DNA of 63,978 nucleotides, the filler included, from Lenisia limosa (Eukaryota; Protista; Breviatea): assembly GCA_001655205.1 (NCBI GenBank). It is 10 parts of 10 records of this genome, joined end to end, with 100 filler letters (N's around TTAATTAATTAA, not from the genome) between each part and the next. Parts side by side here need not be neighbours in the genome. Positions count along the whole stretch, not along the records: positions 43,306 to 51,619 come from LPNZ01009962.1; positions 51,720 to 53,335 come from LPNZ01001004.1; positions 53,436 to 59,466 come from LPNZ01010661.1; positions 59,567 to 63,978 come from LPNZ01003583.1; 6 more parts are not named here. One strand, written 5' to 3'. Shown one piece after another: positions 49,001 through 61,202 of the stretch. Both the position numbers and the translations under genes were made by a program. Numbering within the stretch: the stretch's first letter is position 1; the number at the start of each line of letters is the position of its first letter. The notes below the pieces were generated by a model that was not told the DNA's origin, did no database searches, and worked only from the letters and a program-made list of their open reading frames with translations.

Positions 49001-51493
49001 TTCTTCAGTTGTTCCTATTTATCCCCCTTCAGGTGGGTTGCTGCTACTATTCAGGCCATCACTTACAAGGAATGGCTCCCTACTCTCATGGGTGAGTCGA
49101 ACCCCCTTGGAACCTACACTGGCTTCAAGTCCAACGTCAACCCCACTATAACCAACATGTTCTCGCATTGCGCCTTCAGGTATGCCCAGTTCAACAATGA
49201 TGGAGGTGATGATGATGATAATAATTATGATGATGATGGTGATGATGATGGTGATGATGGTGATGATGATGATGTCTACGAAAACGCCCTTCTTCATATT
49301 TCTCTATTACAAATTTGGTGACGGTTTTAATTGGGATGCAGAAGCGACTGGTCCGGACTTTGTTTGTTTGTTAGCTATTAACATACCTGTGCAAATGATT
49401 AGCCAACACTGCTTATATTTCTTTTTGGTTTCATAACCCTTGTACCTCTTAGCCAGAGTTGATTTTGGGTTTTTGTTTCATTAAATATACGTTTTCTCCG
49501 ATATCCCTAATTTTGTAGATTTGGTCACACTGAGCTGTCCGCCACCTATGCTCGTCTTGCTAATGATATGGATGATGTGGGGGGGCTGTTGATATGGGCA
49601 TATTATCTCATTTGATTTGACGTGTCTTCCCTTTTTACTTATTTATCACATCCTTTCTCTATCTGAATTTCCCCTCCATTTGTCGCGCACCTCACCCCCT
49701 CATTTATCAGGCCCGCATTCCCCAAGGAGACCACCTCGAGGACGAACCTGCCTTCAACTCCCAACCAATCATCGATGTTGTGAGTGGGACCCCCCCCCCN
49801 NNNNNNNNNNNNNNNNNNNNNNNNNNNNNNNNNNNNNNNNNNNNNNNNNNNNNNNNNNNNNNNNNCCCTCCTAGTTTAAACGCTTGTTGGAGGTTTGTTA
49901 CTAGTATCTAGAGCTTCACTTCGGTTAAAAAAAGACTGAATTTCTCGGTAAATCTTCGAAAATTATCGATATTTTACCGGTGTTTTTCCAACCAAAGTGA
50001 AGCCCACAAGTGTCCTTATTGGAGCTTCAACTTCACAAAAAAGGCCAAATTCTCTAAATCTATGGAAAATATTGATATTATTTTTGTGTCTTTTAAAACT
50101 AAAAGAATCAACCCTATGGCTCAGTAAATGAAAATCACTTGGATCATCATATACGTCTGATAATTTTAACCTGCATCTGCGGTAGCATTTTCAGACCCAA
50201 AAAAGCGTAATTTTAGTATGGTAAATCTTGGCTGACAGGAATCAGATTTAATTGGTCTTATCCTACTATGATGATTAATCCAGGCAATCTGACGATTTAG
50301 GGCTCTATTGACCCGTATGTCCGTGGTGCTGCCTTCCAGCTCGAACAAGACATTGACACCAAGATGGTTGATCTGGTGGGCTACAGGCTGATGAAGGGAT
50401 GGTGTTAACGTCGTTAAAAAGTGTGGAAACAATTACATATACTTATTCACACAATTATGCTCACCATGAAATACAAGCTAAACCGCCATTGAAATACAAC
50501 CTTGATCGCTAGTATGCTTACGCTACGTAATCCCACTATTACGCGCACATCTTGTTCACGCCACAGTTCCGCAACACGCCAACAGGCGCCACGTCAGCTG
50601 CCGACCTCATCGCTGCCGATATCTTCCGCGGCCGTAACCATGGTGCGTGCGAGTTGGGTGAAGTTTGCTCCCCATTTACGCCAAGACTCTTCAAAATTAT
50701 CTTCATTTTACTCCCCCACCCCCAGGTCTTCCCCACTACAACCAGGCTCGTGCGAACGAGGGTCTCAGCCGCCGCACCTCACTCACCCAGGTATAGTGGC
50801 ATTTTGAATTATTCTGGGATTAGTCTCAATATTACATGTGTAATTCTGTAATGTAATTTCATACTATATTATATAGTACATATGATTATTCTCAGTGTGT
50901 TACACGTTGTATACACAATCCTAAAAACGAGGAATATCAGCTCACAATGACGTTTTTTTATTAAAAAATTATGTGCAAGAGAAAAACAATATTTTTCCAT
51001 AGCTTCTGGTCTTTCCTAACATACTTCTCTTACAATTCCCTCAGATCACGCGTGACTCTACGCTCCGCGCGCAGATCAGCCAGGTGTACCCCGACATCAA
51101 CAACATGGACCCCTTCATCATTGGTTGGCTAATGGAAGAAACAAGGATAGCGTCAGAAAGCGTGATATGCGGAGTGACCATGATAAATCCTGATAGATAC
51201 TCAGCCTTATTTTTTGTCAATCGGGTTTGGACTTATGGGTCACGATGTTAATTATACAATTCATTTTCCAAGTAATTGCACGGGGTCACTGAAATCATAA
51301 CTCGGATTTTTGGGTCTTACGTCGGATTTTCGGCCAAATCCTACTTACATTTTTTGATTTTATTTGCCTCCTTATAAACCACACCAGGTCTTGCTGAGGA
51401 TGCTGACGGCGCTTCTGCCCTCGGTCCCCTCTTCACCTCAGTCCTCAAGCGTCAGTTCCGCAACCTTCGCGATGGTGACCCGAACTACTATGA
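46087..51493 (+). CDS. Secreted animal-type heme peroxidase (peroxidase-cyclooxygenase superfamily), 3' truncated
   Basis: Signal peptide MRLLLLVLAACLSLA; RTISNTL; WGEIVS|HD; INTVTGWLDASVVYG; GDARANQQPLL; LHILFFREHNRLA; AFR|FGHT; ADLIAADIFRGRNHG|LPHYNQAR; GLAE...GPLF...QFRNLRDGDPNYYE. Confidence 0.93.
49200..49275. repeat. (GAT/GGT)n microsatellite near the 5' end of a peroxidase intron
   Basis: Directly visible in the sequence. Confidence 0.85.
49911..50005. mobile_element. MITE M1 copy in a peroxidase intron
   Basis: TA-GAGCTTCACTTCGGTT ... AACCAAAGTGAAGCCC. Confidence 0.8.
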
Positions 51494-53624
51494 GTACGCC
51501 CCATGTTCTTGATTTTAGTCATTTTTTATCTCAAGTATTCCTCTCTCTACACTATTTCTACCCCCACAGACCCTTCCATACCAGTACCCCCAACTCCCAT
51601 CATCAATTTTCTATTTTTANNNNNNNNNNNNNNNNNNNNNNNNNNNNNNNNNNNNNNNNNNNNTTAATTAATTAANNNNNNNNNNNNNNNNNNNNNNNNN
51701 NNNNNNNNNNNNNNNNNNNATTTCCCTTTTGTTTTCGAAAGTAATCTCAATCTTAATTAAAGCATGAAACCCCAATTTACATATTGTCAGGTCAAAATCA
51801 AATTAAGTCCCTGAGCTCTCTGTTAATGGTCTGTCAAAAACAAGCAAAAACCGTTATAAAAGGCCACATTCAAGGAATAAATGGCAACTATCCGGGAAAG
51901 TTTACCCCTTGTAGACAGTGCTATTTTGAGCAATTTTCTCTCAAAATTCACCATTACATAGCCAAAGTAAAGTGGAACCCGGAACCAAATACTCCGAGGG
52001 GTGCAAATTTTTGTTTCTTAACACTTAAAGAGGGTAAGATTCAGAAAAAAATCCTGTGAAAAGGCAAAAGGGGGACCCCCGGGAGACCAAATTCACGGAT
52101 TTTTGACGTTTGCTCAAAATTGAAAAAAAAAGTTAGGGAACATTAGGAGGACCATTTCTCTTTGTATCTGTCGAAACAGATTTTCAAAAAACACTAGCAA
52201 TGGCCTATACAAGGCATTAACTTCAAGCTGTCCGGGAGTTTTGATGTGTCCGGGAATTTTGAATGATGTCCGGAGCTTTGAGGACCCACATATACACAAT
52301 TACAAGTCCCTCTTACCATATATAGACAATCACTCGCCCGCCTTGGTCAATCAGCGACACCTTGAAGCACGGTCAATGGATGGATGGAGAATGGCCTACT
52401 TCGCGAAATATTCCGATAAGTGACGTGTGGCAGTCAGCTGTCACCTCCACTGGTCCTCCTGATTTGGCACCCGGGCTTCTCTCGTGGGTACCTGGGTGAT
52501 TTAGGGTGCCCAGGTGTTGTTTGTTTTTTTGAAACAAGAGAAATAATAGAAATCTAGGGAAACAAATAAATACATAGGGATACCATAAAAAATTACTTCC
52601 GCACGTTTATAGGGGTGGGTATCTGATAAGGGGTACCCTCTGTTCGTATATTTCCCCCTCACAATGGTGGTTATCCAATATATATCTTACCCACTGACCC
52701 CATGACCCAATGCCCCCGTGGGTGCAAGTCGTACCACCTGAGTGGAACAGAAGTACCAAAAATATCCCAATTTTGACAAACTTGTGGAAAATATACCAAA
52801 ATGAATGCCTTGATCCCCTCTTTAAGAGTGAAGCATTGAAATACTATCTTATTTTTGAACTGAACTGAACTGAACTTCGGTTATTTAAGCAGAGTTCCCT
52901 TTTCACTGAAACCCTCTTGTATTTTAAGATAGTTGAGGGGTTATGTATGCTTCCGTCTATGGCTCAAAGGAGCTTGGATCGAGCCCGGAGTAGTCTGATT
53001 TTTTAACAAAAGTAAGTTTAGGGCATTTATTGTGGGAATGTGCTCTGTGTATAGTATTACCCCATTTATTCGTATTTTTCTTCCTTTTTATGTGAATTTG
53101 TACAACCATGTCTTCAACAGTGTCTTATTGGGCACAAAAGCCTTCATAAACAAATTTCAAATTCTGAATATACAATGATTTATAGGAACCATATTTCCAC
53201 AGATTTATTTCACTTTTTTGAACGATTTTGATGATTTAGATCGACTTAGAGTTGACGCAACAGAGTAGTTAATTTTGATAGTTTCCGTGGTACCTTTTGT
53301 TGTTGTTGTATGCGTTACTTTAAGTATTGCCGAGTNNNNNNNNNNNNNNNNNNNNNNNNNNNNNNNNNNNNNNNNNNNNTTAATTAATTAANNNNNNNNN
53401 NNNNNNNNNNNNNNNNNNNNNNNNNNNNNNNNNNNAGGCCAGTCGATTGTGCAGCACCACATCCCATCACTCTGTGAATAATATCAGATCATTGATAGAG
53501 CATTTCGTACACATTTCATCAATACACTCAAATTAGCCATATTATGAGAAAATATATATTACGTCTGCTTTAATGATATGCGATATGTACTAGGTAATTC
53601 ACAGTGCAATGGTAGGCCTAGAGA

Positions 53625-53707
53625 AAAATCGGTCAAGATAATCACAGTAAAATCGGTCAAGATAATCACAGTAAAATCGGTCAAGATAATCACAGTAAAA
53701 TCGGTCA
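53625..53707. repeat. 24-bp tandem repeat AAAATCGGTCAAGATAATCACAGT, ~3.5 copies
   Basis: Directly visible in the sequence. Confidence 0.9.
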
Positions 53708-53898
53708 GTATAAGAGGGCGTCTTCATTCAAAACACATCGTTACCTGGGTGACATTGAAGCCTAGAAACACCAGACACATTCCAAGACCTAAGGAGTTAG
53801 AGATATGTAACTTAAGAGCACGACTTTTGGAGAGATTTAAAAAGTAGAGTCTCAAAATTATAGGTGCTTGAATTCACAATGAACATCGTATCCCATAC

Positions 53899-54232
53899 CC
53901 AGTAGAATGACATTGCCTTTGTCTTCCGTCATCCCAAGGAAGCGCCTGCCTTGCATCTGAGCTGCACATGTTGGTCTGAGGGGTGAGAGAGGTTGTGAAA
54001 TGTAACAATATGGACAACTGTGTATGTCCTCCCATTTTATTAATACTTTACATAAAATGTCATGAGCTTGCCCAAATCTCACTAGAAGCAGCCCTAACAT
54101 CTCAACACCTTTCATAACCACAACTAGGGAGAGGGTGATCATGAACAATAATCAATAAAATGCGTCATTATCCATAACCCACGGTTGCAACTCATTTGTG
54201 CTAGCGTTTTTGACGTCCAAATCGGCCGTCAT
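53899..54232 (-). CDS. 5' exons of a hypothetical protein, truncated
   Basis: Three GT-AG exons join in frame: MTADLDVKNASTNELQPCCYERPTCAAQMQGRRFLGMTEDKGNVILL. Confidence 0.4.
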
Positions 54233-54553
54233 TGTGCCAACAAGGCGAAGAGATCAGCCGTTCGAGAACGTGTTCAACAGCGCTGGTATTCCAACTGTCC
54301 CGCAACTGCTCTTTAGATTTCACACTAATCTACACTGATTCCAGCTTTCAAGGAAAAGAGATAGCCCCAAGGAAAATTTGGGTAAAATGGGAAAAACTTA
54401 TCAAATCTAATCATCTAAACGAAGAATCTAAACAGCTTCTTTTCTCTCTAAAAATAGACGGATTTTGTTTATCTAGTGCTTTTATAATTAAATTAATTGG
54501 TATTGACTCCAGTCCAAAGTTATAATCAGATTTTCTGCGTCGTCCATTGAAAG

Positions 54554-57500
54554 ATGATACGCCTGCATCAGCTTGCTCTTATTCTACTACTCTTTACTTT
54601 GAACTCGATTAGCGCAGAGAAATGGACTTTAATGACTTGCAACGCAACACTCCCATTGTAAGTGATAGTTTTGACGTGCCTTTGGCATTTTTTGTCTTTT
54701 TCATCTCAATATGCCATCCGGGCGCAGAAACGTTAGATATTAGGATTATGAATACTTTCAAGGAGTTTGGCTGCTTTTCACCGCTTACAGTTGCAACAAT
54801 GGCTATTATCTCGAGTTCTCAGAGACCTCCAACGCCTTCCAGGGTCTCTACACCCTTGCTGCAGGTAATAAATGAGATTTTGGGATGTCATTTAGCTAAC
54901 TTCGATATTCCCCTAAATTGACCCCTCAAAGACACAATCATTCAAGACGAGTTTGGGCTTGACTGGCGCATCAAATCCGACCATTCCGTGACTATTTCTG
55001 GAGATGTTACAGCTAATGGTGTGCTGGGCTTTCCGTTAGGGCCTATTCGCTTGCCTTGATTTGGACGTGACTCTGTTTGTGCTCATCATTATCTCTCTTT
55101 TGTGATTTCATTTTTGGCAATGGTGAGACATACAAGGCACATTACTGCACAGTATATAACAGTGTATAACAAATATTTTTGACATGGGAGGTATAGAAGG
55201 TGAACCTCTATTTCTTCATGATAATGGGAAACGGAACCTTTTGTATTTTGAGATTATTTCTTTCACGCAGTTATCTTATTTTTGAGATTCTTTCTTTCAC
55301 ACAGCTATCTTATTTTGAGATTCTTTCTTTCACCCAGCTGTCTCATTATGAGATTCTTCCTTTCACACAGCTATTTCATTTTGAGATTCTTTCTTTCACA
55401 CAGCTATCTCATTTTGAGTCTTTCTTTCACACAGCTATTTTATTTTGAGTCTTTCTTTCACACAGCTATTTCATTTTGACCCTTTTTAGCCATGACCCTC
55501 ACACCAACAAATGACCATATCTACGACGCTCGCATTGACACTGCTGCCTGGAACGGGTGAGGGGGGGGGGGAACGNNNNNNNNNNNNNNNNNNNNNNNNN
55601 NNNNNNNNNNNNNNNNNNNNNNNNNNNNNNNNNNNNNNNNNNNNNNNNNNNNNNNNNNNNNNNNNNNNNNNNNNNNNNNNNNNNNNNNNNNNNNNNNAAT
55701 TCTACTATGTTCTTCAAATATTAATTCAATGGAGTCTCTACTATGTTCTTCAAATATTAATTCAATGGAGTTTCTACTATGTTCTTCAAATATTAATTCT
55801 AGGAGTTTATTTTTGAGGTGGGGTGCATCAGAGCGACTGACCTGGGCTTTATTTGTTTTGTTGTTTTCAATTCGCGAGAGTTGAATTTGGGCTTTTATTT
55901 GTTTCACTATTCTTCAACTTATACCCCTCAGAGAAGAAGCGCACTGCGCTGTCAACGGCAAATGTTGCCGCTCTCGCCGCGGCCTGTACAAGTCGGGGGG
56001 ATGGGGGGGGGGGGGNNNNNNNNNNNNNNNNNNNNNNNNNNNNNNNNNNNNNNNNNNNNNNNNNNNNNNNNNNNNNNNNNNNNNNNNNNNNNNNNNNNNN
56101 NNNNNNNNNNNNNNNNNNNNNNNNNNNNNNNNNNNNNNNNNNNNNNNNNNNNNNNNNNNNNNNNNNNNNNNNTGGTTCTTTTGTTTCATTAATAGCCCCA
56201 TTTTACTCCCCCCCTCCCCAGGTTCTATTATGTTCGTCGCACCACTAAATGGGACATTTACGTACCTTCAGAAACCTCCCTTGTTGTGAGTGGGCAATTT
56301 CGACAGCAGTAAATTTTGGTTGTTCAGTTACCTTCAGAGACACTTTTTTTTTAGAAGAACAACACATCGAATACTCTTGGGATACAAGAAATCACATGCA
56401 CACTTTGTTCATCTGCAGTCTTGCGGTCCTCTTCACTAACCACCGTCCCTGCAGTTCTCCTATTCAGCCCAAGTCAACGGACAGGTTCCTCACACTGCTT
56501 CCGATGCCGCACCCGTTTCTGACAGATACGACTCAATCGTGGGGGTACTTGTCTAGCAATTGTGACTAAAACCCACTCTCAGTTACTTCTAAATAACAAT
56601 TAATTACTTTCGCAAATCACCTGGCTTTTTAGCTGACAATTTCAGTTTAAAGTTGAGCCCACACAGTACAAAGACTGGCCAATGGAGACCCTTTTTGCGG
56701 TCATTAATGATACCTGTTTGTTGGGGCGGGCAACTGTAGAAATAATACGTATCACTGTAGTGGTTTGTATCACTGTAGTGGTTTGTAATCAAGCTCCGCA
56801 GTATTTTAGGCTGCTACAATGCCAATTTCTGTTGTAATCGGTCGTATTAATATTGTGGATTACTTCGTTTACGCCCAAGATGTGCCCATCAATATGACGC
56901 TTTGCCAAGGAAACGCCCACAATGTAGGCATCATGCATGGGACTTCTTTACTTCTGCGCATAAACGTAAATGATTCTGGGGTATTTCTGCATGTCACCCA
57001 TTACTATTTGTTACTCTTGGTTTGAATCCTAACTCTAATGAGAGCATGAGTGGATTTCCATTTTCTATTATCCCCACCCCCCCTTTTTTTTGGTTTAACT
57101 GATTGTTGCTGTTTATTTTGTCTCCCAATTCTGCTTCTTACCTACAAACACAATCCCCGTTCTTCCCTCATCCACGCAGTTCAACATCACGGACATGGCC
57201 TTTGCCGACTATCCAATGACTTGCGACACACTTGAGGACTTTGAAACCATTTTAAGGCCTGTTAACATGACCTCGGTAGGTAAGAGGTCTCGCGGTATTA
57301 AATCTAGGTTCGAAACTTATGATATCCATTGTCACCACCAGATAAGACCACTCATTACCCCCAGACTAATATTACACCACCCCCCCCTCACCCCCAGATT
57401 GCCGATATGATTGGGGGTAACATCTCCAATGAACTGAACTGCAAAGTGACGTCACGTTCAGTGAACAATTTGGTAAGCAGATAAATATAGGGAGGAATAG

Positions 57501-59308
57501 TAAAGGGAAAATATCCAAAGCCGTCCACTCCATCACGTATTCTATTTCTATGGGACAATAAATCAGCCATTTATTCAACCAACCATTTTCTATAGCTCCA
57601 TGCTCATTCCTACCAACATTTCTTCCGAAAATTTGCTTTATCTTCGATAAGTGCCGATATTTTTCCNNNNNNNNNNNNNNNNNNNNNNNNNNNNNNNNNN
57701 NNNNNNNNNNNNNNNNNNNNNNNNNNNNNNNNNNNNNNNNNNNNNNNNNNNNNNNNNNNNNNNNNNNNNNNNNNNNNNNNNNNNNNNNNNNNNNNNNNNN
57801 NNNNNNNNNNNNNCGTCCATCCCCGTCGCTGCTCAGCCGCTCAAACCTGTCGCTTCTATCACCGTGGGTGTTATGTTATCTTTTCTTGGTAAAGCTATTT
57901 CCCTAGTTCTTTTGCAATCCAATCAACTGACCTGGGCTTTGTTTTGTTGTTATCAACCCTCGTGTGTTGTCAGCCAACAGAGTTGATTTGAGCTTTTTTG
58001 TTCATAGATTTTCCATTTTAATATTCTTCATCGAAATTCCTTCGTTTTACTCCCCCCCCCCCTCTAGGCTGCTGCTGTTATGCCCTTCCCTGAGGGTTTT
58101 AATGAAACCGCCCTTGTCGTTCAAGTCAAAAATAGCGCTATTTTCTCGGGTGAGGAAGGGGGGATAGGCCAGTCGTATCTGGTAATTGTTTTCATTTTCC
58201 AATCTGGTAAACATAGAAATTCATTGAAGGTTTCAACCTGTTTACACCTAATAAATGGATTGCTTCTCTTCTTGGATATTGTTAATGATTTACCACAATT
58301 TTCGAATTTGCCACATTTTACCTCTTTACCCGCCATACCATCCCCCATGCTCCAGACGGACCCTATCTTACAACTGCAGGAGAAGTTGTTGTGAGTGTCA
58401 CATGCAGCCACCGTCAAGTCAAGGCCTCGCCCCCTCAGAACGTGGGTTACGTTCTTCATATGGATAAGGCTTCCTTTGATGCCAAAAGATTTTATGTTTT
58501 TTTGGTATAATTTTCGATTCATCTTCTTCCGACTAGAAAGACCCCCATAGCACCTTCGGATTAAGTTTGCCCCTCCCTTCCACAGGTGTCATTGGAGCCT
58601 CTGTCTTTTGTCAAAACCCCCTTGCTGTTCAAGGTCGCAACTGTGTCCTATGAAAACGTTGGTCACCTTTATGTTGAAGAATTGAGACAGCATGTCACTT
58701 TATGGATGCATGTCACTTTATGGATTCATACCTAAATTCCACTCATTTGATAATTGACAGTAAGTCTCAATGATACTATGATATACTATACTGTATTAAG
58801 GGTGGAAATCGAATATCGGTTCAAGGTCGTCATTCCTATGTATGAAAGTAGTTCAAGACGTTACATACATTCTTCACTGCCTCTAGACTACTCTTCCACT
58901 CGACTTTTTCTGTGCCGCTACACTGACACAAGGAGACGGATATGTCGGGGGGGGGGGGGGGGGCNNNNNNNNNNNNNNNNNNNNNNNNNNNNNNNNNNNN
59001 NNNNNNNNNNNNNNNNNNNNNNNNNNNNNNNNNNNNNNNNNNNNNNNNNNNNNNNNNNNNNNNNNNNNNNNNNNNNNNNNNNNNNNNNNNNNNNNNNNNN
59101 NNNNNNNNNNTTGTTTGTCTCCTTTAGATATTTAAAAGTTGTTTGCTTCCTTAAGTTATTTTTTTTGTTTTTGTTTCATACCTTCCTTCACCCCCCCAGA
59201 TATCAGACGAAATTACAGTGGAGATTGAGGAGTCGGCCTTGGCATTCGAGGTGTTAGCAGCACAGGTTGATTCGGACGGCAAGCTCTCCACCAACTGTGA
59301 TCTGCCTT
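54554..59308 (+). CDS. Secreted, probably N-glycosylated multi-exon protein of unknown family, probably 3' truncated
   Basis: Signal peptide MIRLHQLALILLLFTLNSISA. In-frame exons include FCNNGYYLEFS, DTIIQDEFGLDWRIKS, EEAHCAVNGKCCRSRRGLYK, FYYVRRTTKWDIY, FNITDMAF... and PEGFNETAL. Several N-x-S/T sequons are present. Confidence 0.7.
55245..55479. repeat. 31-34-bp intronic minisatellite (TTTTGAGATTCTTTCTTTCACACAGCTATCTCA), ~7 copies
   Basis: Successive periods of 34, 33, 33, 33, 33, 31 and 31 nt. Confidence 0.9.
55699..55805. repeat. 36-bp tandem repeat (TTCTACTATGTTCTTCAAATATTAATTCAATGGAGT), ~3 copies, starting at a gap
   Basis: Directly visible in the sequence. Confidence 0.88.
57920..58067 (+). 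repeat. R2 copy ending at an acceptor AG (58066-58067)
   Basis: CTGACCTGGGCTTTGTTTTGTTGTTATCAACCCTCGTGTGTTGTCAGCCAACAGAGTTGATTTGAGC...TTCCTTCGTTTTACTCCCCCCCCCCCTCTAG. Further full or partial copies lie at ~10700, 11938-12052, 39195-39247, 46790-46858, 47610-47672, 48515-48628, 49330-49500, 50690-50725, 53437-53470, 55820-55915, 56173-56221, 61950-62049, 63480-63542 and 63955-63978. Confidence 0.85.
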
Positions 59309-59574
59309 AGTGGGGGGAGGGGATAAACTTGATGAGAGCGATTTCGGCTAGGACTGAGTGTAACCTATAATATAATCATATCTCTGATATATATATATAG
59401 CTATACATATCACCTATTTAATTATACATTAGGCGGTATAGTACATGGCAAGAGATGGTTGCTTTANNNNNNNNNNNNNNNNNNNNNNNNNNNNNNNNNN
59501 NNNNNNNNNNTTAATTAATTAANNNNNNNNNNNNNNNNNNNNNNNNNNNNNNNNNNNNNNNNNNNNCCGCATAC

Positions 59575-60971
59575 CGACATCAGCCTGATGGAAGGCCACA
59601 ATAGCTGTCGGCTCGGCCCGTCGGCAGTCTTGTGTGGACTTCGCAGAGGTGGCAAATCCTGATCGTGAGAATGGTGCCGGTGAAAATGACAGGGTGAATT
59701 GACGGTGTTGGTGAGAAAATCATGACGCATGGTGGTCAGAAAAACGTAGGGTTAGTTGGTTGATGGAAAGATGACAGAACTTACAAATATCATTAATGCA
59801 ATCAAACGCAAAAAAATAGATATACAGGAGAAGTCTTGACCGATTTTCCTTGGCAAATCGGGCATGACTTATCCCAGTCACTAACTACTATTATATATCA
59901 ATTTCAAACAGTAGCAAATTCTTCTCACCCGACGCATTTGTCACCCCCCTCTATATTTGCTCCTCAACCGATCACGAGAATACTACTATTCTATCCACTA
60001 TGTAGCCGGGATGAGATCAGAAAAAGTATTTTAGTAAACAGAGACAATAATATAACCCCCATCAATACGTATACATGTGTCGCAAAAACAATAACAATAA
60101 TAGTGATACAAAACAACACTGGAAAGCAAGGAAAAAAGAGCTTTGATTATTGTGATAAGCTATAAAAAAAAACCCCAGGATCAATAAGTACCCGTCAGCA
60201 CAAAAGAGGAAGGTTCAACAGGACAATACTTGGGAGCAAACTCCTCCTTCCAATATGCACAAGATAAATAGTCCTAAGATCTCAACAAACAGCCAACTGT
60301 TTGTATCCCCTGTGAACCCATTTGCTCCAAACTTTATAAAAAGTGCCCTTTACCTACCAAGTGGAGCCTCAGCAAGAGAGTAAACAACAACACCCTGGTA
60401 TTGTGGGATGTTTTCGGTCATTCGTGCAAGGCCAGCCTGAAGAGAGATCAGACCTTGTAGGGAGAGACAATCCGATTTATCTCACTAAACATCATATACT
60501 AACCTTTGCAACGTGATTTCCGTAAAGGAAGGACTGCTCAGCGTTGTGCTTGACCCAGATCTTGTACTGGAAAGGTGAGAAGGGGTACATTAGGGATTAT
60601 CCCAACCTGAGCGTATTGAGCAAGGTAATCCAAGGCAGTAACGTGGAGTCTGAACTTTCCAGAGTGGGTGAACTTTCCAAAGCAGGTTCCAACAGAGATC
60701 AACTCCTTTCTGCTGCAATTCAACGCCCTCTTCAATATCTCTTCACTAAAAACGTTCAATAAGTCGGGCCCTCCACGAAATGTGCCTTACCTGACATAGT
60801 ACACGCGATCCTTATGAAGACGGAAAACATAAGGTTCATCCGGTCTGTCAATCAAATATTTGATGTTTCTTCCAATACTAAAGTATAAATCAACTTTGTT
60901 TAACCATTTACTTACTATTTGGCAAGCTTTTCGAAAAACACTTTCGTTTCTTCTTCGGTAAGTGGTCTCAT
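59575..60971 (-). CDS. NIP7: 60S ribosome biogenesis protein NIP7; last exon missing
   Basis: [18 protein letters not shown]..., [28 protein letters not shown]|[48 protein letters not shown]. Confidence 0.95.
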
Positions 60972-61202
60972 TCTTCCCTTATTTAATGGGTACACACAAA
61001 TAAAAGACTATACGCTGGTATAAACAAAGATTATAAAAAAGAACGAGTCAGAAAACAAATTTTACTAAAAAAGGTCAATATTCTAATATCGTAACTCCCT
61101 TTGTTGCAAAATTTTGGAGATTTTTGACCTCTTTACCACAAATATTATATCTGCGTGGTAAATTTGACTTTTATTGACTTTTAATAAGACTTTGACAAGA
61201 AG

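Noticed and set aside
49019-49436. Poly-Asp, poly-Met and poly-Ile ORFs
   Set aside because: They read through a donor into a (GAT)n intronic microsatellite of the peroxidase gene.
52124-52423. ~100-codon open frame on the otherwise gene-free scaffold 51720-53335
   Set aside because: No recognisable motif, splice context or start; it could be a decayed element, but I cannot support that.
55200-55907. Repetitive ORFs (e.g. FTQLSHFEILS..., ELIFEEHSR...) from the ORF track
   Set aside because: These are translations of intronic minisatellites lying between in-frame exons of the secreted-protein gene.
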